Below, in pieces: positions 41,701 through 52,130 of a DNA stretch of 64,000 nucleotides. The stretch is taken from NCBI GenBank assembly GCA_021613535.1, contig CP075497.1, forward strand, positions 11,284,001 through 11,348,000. Reading direction: 5' to 3'. This stretch comes from Adineta vaga. Taxonomy: Eukaryota > Animalia > Rotifera. The notes beneath the pieces are model-generated. The model made no database searches and was not told the DNA's origin. It saw only the letters and a list, made by a program, of their open reading frames with translations. The translations under genes and the position numbers were made by a program. Numbering within the stretch: position 1 is the first letter of the stretch; each line of letters opens with the position of its first letter.

Positions 41701-42347
41701 TACAACTGATATTCAAATGAAATTTTCCAATATTATTAATCTTTCAAATAAAATCAGTATCTATGTTCACTTATCATACTGGATTTAATATAGATAATAA
41801 AACAAAGTAAATGTGACGTGCTGTCAGTATTCAACAATGGCAGTCTTTATTTTGATTCATAGAAGATAAGCGTCATTATAATCTCGAAATCAAAGCATTC
41901 CCAGGTCTATTGAAAGAATGAAGATTGTCAAATATATATTCGTTGTTTAATGAAAGAGAATTTTCAATATTGTCTATGTTTGTAATTAAAATAATGCAGA
42001 AATATCGGATTTTAAAATTACAATGAATAAGACAAATCTATGAAATATATTATTCTTAATTTTGATTATCATACTCAGATGATATATATATTTATATTTG
42101 TAGGTCAAATAAAAGATTCCTAATGTTTTCAACGGTTGATGAAAGTTTATCTTACTCATATTTTCAATCCATTTGTCAAAAAACTTGAAAGAAATAAGAT
42201 TGTTTTAAAATATGGTATGTGATTGAACAGACGTATGAGAAACATAAAATCTCTAGATTAATAAATATCGCGCAGTACACATAGAATATTAGAAAATAAA
42301 ATGCTTAAGAATTAGACGAACAGGACATAAAATCTCCTATAAATTTC

Positions 42348-43401
42348 TTATTTTTCTTCTTCTTGCGGCCAATCAGCTAGACATACAGATGCATTTGAAT
42401 TATATAAACCATGTTGTCGAATAACATTTATTGCACCATCTGGTACAATATATTTCACACTACAACCTTTTTCTAATTTATTGCGTATATTTGTTGATGA
42501 AATATCATTAACAACCCAATCTTGTATAACATCAATATTCTTCTTCCAAAGATCCGGCATACCTTCTTTCACATCTGGTATTGTCGCACCACCTTGACCA
42601 GTTTCGGGAGCACTTAAACGAGTTATACAAGCAACACCATAATTTGTCATTATATCATCGATATCTTGTGGTAACCAAACTTTAGCATTTAACATTGTAC
42701 GTACAACATCAGCGCCTGAATTACCAAATAAAAAGACAATAAGTTTTCGAGATTCATGTCAACTACCTGAGAGATAACGAAGTCCAGTATTTTCACCATA
42801 CTTCTGTTTTATTTGTTCGTGATGGTAATCAAGTACGAGTTTAGTTCGTGTCCATGTTGTTTGTTCAGCTTCCCACGTGTCAAGTCGAATCCATTTGTCA
42901 TTTTGAATTGCAGCTTTTAACATTTCAATACGATAGTTTACTTTGATTAAAGTTGATTTACCATAATTATCACTTACAGGAGAGATAATTCCTATGAGAA
43001 GTAAATTCATTGTTGAAAAAAAAACAAAATCAAAAAATTTCCTTTTACGAACCTTCAAGAACTTGAATGGAACGAAGATGATAATAATCACGAACTAATT
43101 CAAACATACGTAAATGTGCAATTGTCACTGGATTGAATGAACCGGTTAGAAGTATCACAATACGTTTGATCGGTGGTGAAACTAAAACAATCAGATCATC
43201 GTTTCATTTAAAGATTTTTGAGAAAACAAAATTTCATTGGAGAATAAAACGATAGGAAAGAAAAGACAATTCACTGTTCTTTTCTTTTTTTTCTAATGGT
43301 CAATTGTAACTGTGACGACTACCGTTTAGAACAAAAAAAAACTAAAGAACACATTTACATGACCTCTCGTCTAAAGTATCGATTGTCACTATACTCTTCA
43401 T
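42348..43401 (-). CDS. NMNAT: Nicotinamide/nicotinate mononucleotide adenylyltransferase
   Basis: TGSFNPVTIAHLRMFE, GIISPVSDNYGK, DTWEAEQTTWTRT, NDISSTNIR, SVKYIVPD. First exon 43359-43401; an alternative first coding exon lies at 43583-43697. Confidence 0.95.
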
Positions 43402-43487
43402 TTGTGACCTGACACGCTCAGTTGATACAAAAAAAAGGAATCTTGTTTCGATTTTTCCGGGAATTTTTCAAGGTTAAATAATCGAGT

Positions 43488-44291
43488 ATGTTACGATTAT
43501 TTTTATTTGGAATATATTTTATAATGTTTTCTACTGGACAAAACATCAATTCAGGTAAGAAAAAAAATGTATTTATATTTACATTTATCACGAGTTATTG
43601 AGCACTCTTGTTGATCGAAAGGTTCAGGACCATCTTGTCGAGCTTGAACGGCTCTTTCAGCTTCGTTAATAGTCTTCTCGGATTTTATTGGTTCCATCTG
43701 TAAGTAAAAAAGAAATACAACGGTTTTTTTTTCTTCTGTCGATCACACAACCATTATAAATAGCAGGGAAGTAAGAGAGGGAGAAAAACACCATTAGTTT
43801 TCGGCGATGCATCGTGACAAAGAATGATTGTACATAGTGACTTATAGAATAAACATTTTCAAGTATGGAAATTCTTTTTCATTTGTCATTTAGTTCGTCA
43901 ATCCTACGATCAATCATCAAGTCGTATTCGATCTTCAAGTACGACTAATAATCTTCTAAATTTTCAAGAATATGCTAAACAACAATATAAAGCAGCACGA
44001 ACACGTGACATATCTCCAACATTCGTTCAATCACGTCGTTTTCAGTCTGATCAATTAGTTCGTGATTATCGCGAACTTGGTCGAATAGTTCCATCACAAT
44101 CTCAGCTTTCTCTATCGAATCATTATTCATATACTGGATTGGGTTCAAATGCAGCTGTTGAAACCAGTCAAGAAGGATGTCGTTTAACAAATAATTATTG
44201 TTCACGTGATTATCAATGTTGTTCAGGTAAATGTCGATGTGTTCGATGGTCAGTTATAGGAAAAATGTCATGTTATAAGAAATGTTTCTAA
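43488..44291 (+). CDS. Secreted precursor (154 aa) with C-terminal 8-Cys knottin-like domain
   Basis: Exon 1 (43488-43554) encodes the signal-like MLRLFLFGIYFIMFSTG. The GT-AG phase-1 intron is 43555-43893. Exon 2 is open for 398 nt and ends CRLTNNYCSRDYQCCSGKCRCVRWSVIGKMSCYKKCF*. Confidence 0.85.
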
Positions 44292-44472
44292 AATAATTGT
44301 AAATCTTTCTTTTTTTTGTGTATTCAATTAAAATAAATTAGTTAAGAAGAAATTCCTGTTTTATTCGATCGATTAACAAGTTGAAGAAAAGCAGAAATAA
44401 AATATGTGTTGTTTTTTTATACATGAAGAAAAAAGAAAGGTTTCATCAGTCTATTAATACACAAATAATCAT

Positions 44473-45533
44473 TTAATTTCTCATGCCCGATGCAGGAAGT
44501 TTTGGTAAACCGAATTCATCTACCATTACACCATCCTATTCAAAACAGAAAAGTGAAAATAACATCCATAGAAAAATCCTTCATACCTTTGTTGTTGAAG
44601 CTGCTGCACCACCTGCGTCAAGTGGTTGGACAGGAACACTTGGTGCATGTAAATCATTATACATAGCATTTGATTCCATACCAAATTCTTGTTCAGCAAG
44701 ACCAGCCAATTCTTTAAATAAAAATCAAGATTAAAGAAATCAAAAAGAGCTTGTTTCGAAATTCTACCATTTTCAAGATCAGCATCAGTCATATATGTAT
44801 CTTGACCAATAGGTCGACTAAACATATCATTCATTTCTTCTTGATCAAGAAGTTGATCATCAAGATCATCCATCAATGACTAATTTAATAGTTATTTAAA
44901 TAATTTGATTGAATTAACAAACTTACTTCAACTTTATCAGGTTTCAAATCTTTATAACCTTTTACTAATTGTTTTTTCGCATCTTTAAGTCCAGTGAACT
45001 ATAACAAAGAAATCTTTTTGTTTTCAAAAAGCAAAATAAAACATAAGTTTTATATTCATACAATTTGTTTTTGTGTTTCAATATTACTGACAGCAAAAGC
45101 TGTTGCTCCAATATTACTCGCTTGACCTTCTAATGTCATACGTTGTCTTTCATACCTCGAAAAATTCATTTATAAAAAGTAAACTTTTTTTTCAACAATA
45201 TATCAAATCTTCTATTTACATTTTCTTTTTACTTAACAGAGCCATAGCTCGCGATTTTTGTCCAGCCTAAATTCACAGAAAAATGTTATTTTTCGTGCCA
45301 GAAAATCTTTACTTTTTTAGCAGGTGGTAATCGGCTGTATGCTTGCAGTTCTAAATGTTCAAAGACGATCATATGAAGGAACTATTTCATAAACAAACAA
45401 AAAATAAACCTTGATCAACAGATGCAATTTGTTTGTTCAATGTTTCGACACGTGAATCGATAGTTGATGCTGTATCATTTAAAGTGGGCTTTGGCACTGC
45501 ACTACCTTTTGCTTGACCGAAAAGTCGATTCAT
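44473..45533 (-). CDS. CHMP5: Charged multivesicular body protein 5 (Vps60, ESCRT-III)
   Basis: MNRLFG start, PKPTLND, IDSRVETL, YERQR, Snf7-type acidic half, C-terminal DGVMVDEFGLPKLP. Confidence 0.9.
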
Positions 45534-46831
45534 TTTTGAAGAATTAATAAATAAGAAAAATTCGTAGTAAACTGTAGGAGAAAAATCTATAGAAAAAAAA
45601 GAAAAGAAGTTGTTTTATTTATCGTTTGAAAATGATTCATCTGTGAGAAAAATAAAGAAAGAAATATTTGAGTAATACATGACGCTAGTAACTTTAAAGT
45701 AGAAGATATGCAGTTTGTTTTGGCCGATCGAGGAAAAAAAAGTATGATTGAGAGAATGTGATTATCATAATGACTCATGAATGGTTTTATTTCTATATCA
45801 ATAAGAAAAAATAAATTATAGATGTCGCTAATTGATTCAATTTACCGTATACATACATTTTCAACAAGACAGATGCCGTATGAAAACCTCTCACAGCTAC
45901 AGTAATTGATAAGACTACTGAATGATGTGAGCTCTACTTTGTCTTGTCGAAACAAACATATAAAAGATTATTTTGATGATACCATGGTATAGATTGTTGG
46001 GACCTTGTTGAGATTAGAAATAAATCTTTATAATTCATTTGCTTAACCTTAGAAAACAAGGGTGATACAAGGATTCAGTTCTTTTTGTTTATATCAATTG
46101 AAAATAAACATGCGATTTAAAGTATTCCGAGGAAGTCTCCTTCGGTATTTTGCGCAGATCATTGTTTTTTTTTCTACGATGATGTTGTGTATTGTCATAT
46201 GAAAGGAATAAAGTTATTTCCTGTTTTGATTGCTAGAATTCTCATCTTTCCTCACATATTCATCTAACAATCTCGTTTTTCTACGTGATTATTTTCTAAT
46301 TGAGAATTACTTTCTCATTCAAATGACATAACTATACTGATATTATTTTGAAAGATTTATTGCATAAGATATATCTAAATGATCTTAAGAAGAGTATTTT
46401 CTATTTTGTTCTGTACACTGAATAAGGCGAATTCGTGTGTAGAATTCATAATAATATATCCCAACTGTCTTGAGATCATCACGCACTGTCGTTTCATATT
46501 GCGTTGCTAAGAAAAAAGAAGTCATCGATTTTCTAAATAGTTCGAGATTTTGAGAACAATAATATAATCTTCTATTGACATGATTTATGTTCAATGGTTT
46601 TATCTTTAGGACATCCATTAAGCACTTAATGTAGTGTTCATTCGTTTGTCTTATTAACAGTTTATTTGCTGTTTTTACAATCGATCAGATTAATATATGC
46701 GTTTTTTCTTCTTCTTCTTCTTCTTTATTTGCTTATAGATGTTTTTTTCTCGATGAGAAGAATATATTAATTTGAATAACTAGAGTTATCATTGCTTTAT
46801 GGTATTATCAGTGAATTGAAACTGAATCAAA

Positions 46832-47833
46832 ATGTCATCACATCCATTCATTGGTTCAATTTCATCATCAGTTCGTTTGAGTGTTATTTTGAAATGTATT
46901 ATTGAATCTCTTGTTTGTTTCTATGCGATTCTTATCAATATACTTATTATTATAAGTTTACTTTATATTAAACGTCTTCGTACAACACAAAATCTTCTTT
47001 TAATCAATGTTTCATTTGCATGTATCTTATTTTCTGTCTCATGTTTATTATCGATTAGTTTAACAATATCAATACTTTATTTCAAAACAATTCCTTCATT
47101 TGCTTGTCAATTTATTGGTTTTATTGTTATATCAAGTTGTCATTGTTTAATGTTTTCATATACATTAGTAACATTCGTACGATTTCTAACAATAATTTAT
47201 CCATTTAATCGAAAAATTACTTCGATTCAATCGATTAAAATCTATTTATTATTCAAATGGATTCTCGCTTTTCTTTTACCAGGAATCAGTTTAATTTTAC
47301 CAAAACAACAAATTATATTTCAACCAAAAGCAAAAATTTGTACAATTAATCAACAATCACCTATTTTATTCATAACATTTTGTACAGGATACATTATTCC
47401 TCTTATATTAATTTCTCTAATGAATTTAATCACATATATCAATGTAACACGTTCACGACAAATTCTTGGTCTATCTCAAACAAAACTTTCTCGTTTAAAT
47501 AAACGTAAACGTCGAAATCTTCGTTTATTAAGACAATTTTCTCTTTTTACTGTAATTTTTCTTCTTGGATGGACACCATTCATTATCATTGAAGTTATTG
47601 ATAAAGAAGAGAAATTTTCCGATGCTTACTATTTATTTACACTTATCTTACCATCAATATGTGTTCTAATTGATAGTCATGTGATATTATATTGGAATAA
47701 AACAATTCGTCATCAAATTGGTGTATGGTGGCGTATTTTAATAAGAAAAAGTGAAAGAAATTTACATAATCGTGATGATCAGACACGTAATGTTGACGAA
47801 CTTTCATGTACCTGCATGCATTCCGATGTTTAG
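46832..47833 (+). CDS. Orphan class A-like 7TM GPCR, single exon
   Basis: 333 aa with seven hydrophobic segments; LRTTQNLLLINVS, Cys at the top of TM3, TFVRFLTIIYP, FLLGWTP, YWNKTIR. Confidence 0.85.
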   Translation: MSSHPFIGSISSSVRLSVILKCIIESLVCFYAILINILIIISLLYIKRLRTTQNLLLINVSFACILFSVSCLLSISLTISILYFKTIPSFACQFIGFIVISSCHCLMFSYTLVTFVRFLTIIYPFNRKITSIQSIKIYLLFKWILAFLLPGISLILPKQQIIFQPKAKICTINQQSPILFITFCTGYIIPLILISLMNLITYINVTRSRQILGLSQTKLSRLNKRKRRNLRLLRQFSLFTVIFLLGWTPFIIIEVIDKEEKFSDAYYLFTLILPSICVLIDSHVILYWNKTIRHQIGVWWRILIRKSERNLHNRDDQTRNVDELSCTCMHSDV

Positions 47834-48137
47834 TAAAAATCTTTCGCAATTTTTTCCAGAACAATTATCAAATGTAATGGCATTATATGTTTTGTTAAGC
47901 AGAAATTTGTTTGATGTCTAATCGATTCTTTCTCATTCGTGTCCAATTTTATTTCTTTTCTTTTTCTTTGAATTATTGTTGTATTCTTTTGTTTTTCTAA
48001 CGATTTGTTTTTCAAGTAATGAAAAATGGCAACATTTTCTGTACTTCAATTTCGAATTGTTGGTTTATGAATATAAACACAAATGTAAAAATCGTTTCTT
48101 TATTTCAATTTCAAAACGTTATTATCGATAAGACAAA

Positions 48138-49012
48138 ATGGAAAATGATCCTGAATCATTACGAACGATACGATTTTGTAATGAAATTGATATTCGTGAA
48201 ATTCCAAATAAAGATTATCAAACACGATTAGTACAAAATGGTATTGGAAAAAAACCATCACAAGAATCAAAAGAAACTTGTTGTGTAACTAATTCTCATC
48301 TTGTGTATATTTAAACTTCTTATCGTGATTGTTTTAGCCAAAAATATTCAAGACAAAACAAAATATTATTATTGGTATTGTTCTTATATGTGTAATTGTT
48401 GGAACAGTTGGTCGAATTCTACTTAGTGAAGAAGGTATTTGGAATCATTTGAAGAGATTATACAAAAAAGATGAATTTGTTTGTAGATACAATTGTTGAT
48501 AAGAATTCACGTACATATAATGAAAGTTGTATAAATGAATGTGATAGAAGAAAAGATCTTTATTGTAATAATAATCGATGTCAGTGTGATTATTTAACAA
48601 AATATTGGGATATGAATACACAGACATGTGGTTAGTCAAATATTTATTTAGAATTTTATATAGGAAGAAAATTTATTTAGTTTCACGCCGAAATTATTCT
48701 CAAACATGTAAAAGCAATAATCATTGTTTATCAACATTGATTTGTTCGAGAAATTCTAGTATATGCAAATGTAGTTATAGAAAATATTATAATCCAATTT
48801 TATCACAATGTGGTAAGAATTTATATACATAACTTTTCTTTTTCTTTATCTATATGTTTGTAATAGTTAATCGATCTACTTTTGGTCAACCATGTGATAT
48901 ATCAGTTAATTCAACATGTCTTCTTTCACTTTCTTGTAATTTGAATAAATGTATTTGTCCAACTGGAAAGAAATGGTTGGCATCAAAGATGATTTGTATT
49001 ACTAGTGCTTAG
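48138..49012 (+). CDS. Type II membrane protein with three Cys-rich EB-module-like repeats
   Basis: Spliced: MENDPESLRTIRFCNEIDIREIP...; TM ILLLVLFLICVIVGTVG; repeats YNESC..EC..LYC..RCQC..YW..C, YSQTC..HC..LIC..ICKC..YY..C and FGQPC..TC..LSC..KCIC..KW..C; TAG stop at 49010-49012. Confidence 0.75.
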
Positions 49013-49314
49013 TCTGGTTTTTTTTCTCTTTGTCTTTGTGTACAATATCTAATATATATATGATTACATTCTTTTTTTATCATTATTCATATATCTGCAA
49101 AATGATCTTTCTGGTAAATTGATTTCCGTATCTTTGTACTTTGTGTTTAATGAGCGATGTTTTTATATCTATAAACCAGATATCATTGATGATTAATATC
49201 GTATAGAAGGAAAAAAAGAAGAAAGAATCTCGATGAGTTAATCGCATATTGACGACAGATAATCATAAATATCTTTGTCTTAAGCAAACATATCTCTACA
49301 TTTTGATCATAGAA

Positions 49315-50449
49315 ATGTGTGGAAAACTTCTTCTATTTGAAATTCTCCTAATCATTTATAATTTCTATTTATGCAATGCATCTATTCGTGGTACACGTGA
49401 TCAGGTAGTACGAAAACTACATTGAAAAATCAATGTCTTTTATGTTTTGAATGTCTATAGATTGTTCTTGCTAATTTCAAAGCACAATTATCAAAAGCTC
49501 GAACAATAAAGCAAGCTCTTGCTATTTATGCTGATTCAAGTGTTAATAACAAACATCAAGTAGCTATGCAAAGTATTGTTTCAATTGAAGAAGATTTATG
49601 TATACAATTATGTCTTCTTTTTTCATTAGCGGATATTCGTAAACTCGAAAAAAACATCGATACACAACTTGTTAATTTGGGAATACAGAAAGGTTGATTA
49701 CATATAAACGCATTTTTCTTTCTAATGAGTCTTTTCCTAGATGATGAAACTGTTCCATATGTGAATGGTGGTTGTTTACCTCGTATTACATGTGTTCCTG
49801 TTTATGATCAACAAGTAGCTGCAGGTGGAATTATTTTTCCCAATTGTGTTGAAGTTCATCGATGTTCTGGTTGTTGTCAAGAAACACAATTTTCATGTGA
49901 ACCAACAAAAATCGAATATCTTTCATTTAGTCCTGTAAATAATTTCTTATCTATTGATTTGGTTTTTCAACAAAACTAGAATTTTTCAATATTTAGATCA
50001 TTAAATTCGAACAAGGTGAAGAATCAAATCTACCCATATCTGCATTAAAACCTTTCAAAACTGAAAATCATACTGAATGTACATGTAAATGTAAACTTGA
50101 TGAAAATGCTTGTCCAAGTAGTGCTCAAGTATGTTGGAAATCTTTGATGTTTGGTATATTTCAAAGAAATTATTTTAGGTTTTGGATCGTGAATTATGCC
50201 GATGTCGAGAACAAGCTTGTTTTCCTCAATGTCAAGCTATGCAACGTTGTCAATTGCTTAGTACACAAGAAAAACCATCATGTGTATGTAAACGACCAAT
50301 CCCAGGTCAAAATGGTGCTTATTCATGTTCGTCAGGTTATCAACCTGATGCTCGTTGCAAGTTAGTACATTATAAATCGATTAATCATTCTCTCTTATAT
50401 TTCAACAATTTGACTTTTTCTTTCTAGAAAATGTATGAAATACCCATGA
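49315..50449 (+). CDS. PDGF/VEGF-related ligand, copy A
   Basis: Signal peptide; cystine-knot CLPRITC...PNCVEVHRCSGCC...SCEPT...NHTECTCKC; Cys-rich tail. Confidence 0.92.
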
Positions 50450-50700
50450 AGATAAAAACAAAAGACAAATGGAAACTAGCTTTATTCTTTTTGACAATTA
50501 TTTGTTTGTATGATAAAATGTATAATACAGAAAAATAAATAAATTAATATGCGAAATATCATGAGTCAAAGAATGACAGCTGGCTTATCTATCATCAGCA
50601 AAGAGATTTATATATATATATATATACGTATGTAAGTAAGGGAAAATTCCCCATAGAAAAGATTGTATAAGAAAGATTTATTCGATAAAAAAAAGCAAAT

Positions 50701-51809
50701 ATGACAAAGATGCATTTGTTGATGGCATTTGTTTTTATTCTTTTGATTAATTCTATGAAATGTGATGAGGTAAGAATATTTATTTAATGAATTTCAATTT
50801 GATTTGGAAATATTTAGAATAAAAATCGAGCTGAAATTCGTGCGCGATTGGCAAAAGTCAGATCCCTTGAAGAAGCATTGCTTATTCTCAAATCTTCGGG
50901 CAAAAAAGGTCGAATGTGTATGTAAAGAAATATTTGAATCAAATAGGTACGAATCTTTCTTTCTTTTAGCAATGATTACTCCAGATGTACTGAGAAAAGA
51001 CATGGACAATATTCTTACGACTGCACGAAAACTTAATCGAAGTATACAGATCGATTTTGTTGATTGTATCGTTTAAGATGAGATTTTGTTTTCTAGATGG
51101 TCGATTAGCTATTATGCCACGAAATGGTGGATGTGAACCACGTGTTATATGTGAACCAGTACCTGTCGATCGTTCATCAGGAGATAATCTCGTATCTGTT
51201 CCGCAATGTCTTGAAGTTCATCGATGTGGTGGTTGTTGTCAAGAAGGTCAATTTACTTGTGCACCCGTTGAAGAAAAACCAGTAACATTTAGTCCAGTAA
51301 ATTGAATAGAATTTTCAAATTTATTTCGATTGAAACTATTCTTTTTGTTTTATTTAGCTTTTATTAGTCTCTTTGGATGATACTGACAATGTGGAAGTCA
51401 ATCGTCCATTGACATTAATGAATCATACAAAATGCGAATGTAAATGTAGTAAAACAGAAGAACAGTGTCAACGAGAAGGCAAAGTAAGTTTAGAAATTTT
51501 ATCGACGAAATTCAAAATACAATTTTATTTACTTTTTAGGTATTAGATTATACATTATGTCAATGTATTCAACCACGTTGTACACCTGAATGTCTTATAT
51601 CAGCTACATGTTCAATGATACCTGGAAATAGTGAACCACGATGTACATGTCGTCGACGTTTACAAGGACAATCAAGTAACTATTGTGCAAGTGCCAATCA
51701 ACGACCAAATGCAATGTGCACGTAAGAAAGAAAACTTTTTATATAACAAAATATCAATAATAAGATGATTCTCTGTTGTTTTAGACGTTGCGAAACGGTT
51801 TCTGGTTAA
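50701..51809 (+). CDS. PDGF/VEGF-related ligand, copy B (tandem paralog)
   Basis: Signal peptide; CEPRVIC...PQCLEVHRCGGCC...TCAPV...NHTKCECKC; Cys-rich tail; exon layout like copy A. Confidence 0.92.
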
Positions 51810-52130
51810 AATAAAACTACAGCATGATGAATGTACGATGATGGATAGACTCGTTCTGTTTGTTTTAAAAAATGAATAACTTATTTTTTTTTCGAATAAA
51901 ATATTTAAAATGAGAAAACAGTATCGTAAGAAACAGTTTTTTTTTCTCCATAGATTTCATATTTTACTCGATTAGATGTAAATTATGGCTGAAAGGTATT
52001 TAATTAATAATGAAAAGAAGAACAAGACACAAATAAGAAATAAGAAATAACATATTTTGAAATCACCATATTGCAAAGAGAAATATTTAGAATATTGTAC
52101 ATATTTCTGAGCGTGATTAAAAACATGAAT

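Noticed and set aside
43975-44205. 76-aa minus-strand ORF
   Set aside because: Antisense shadow of the knottin exon on the plus strand.
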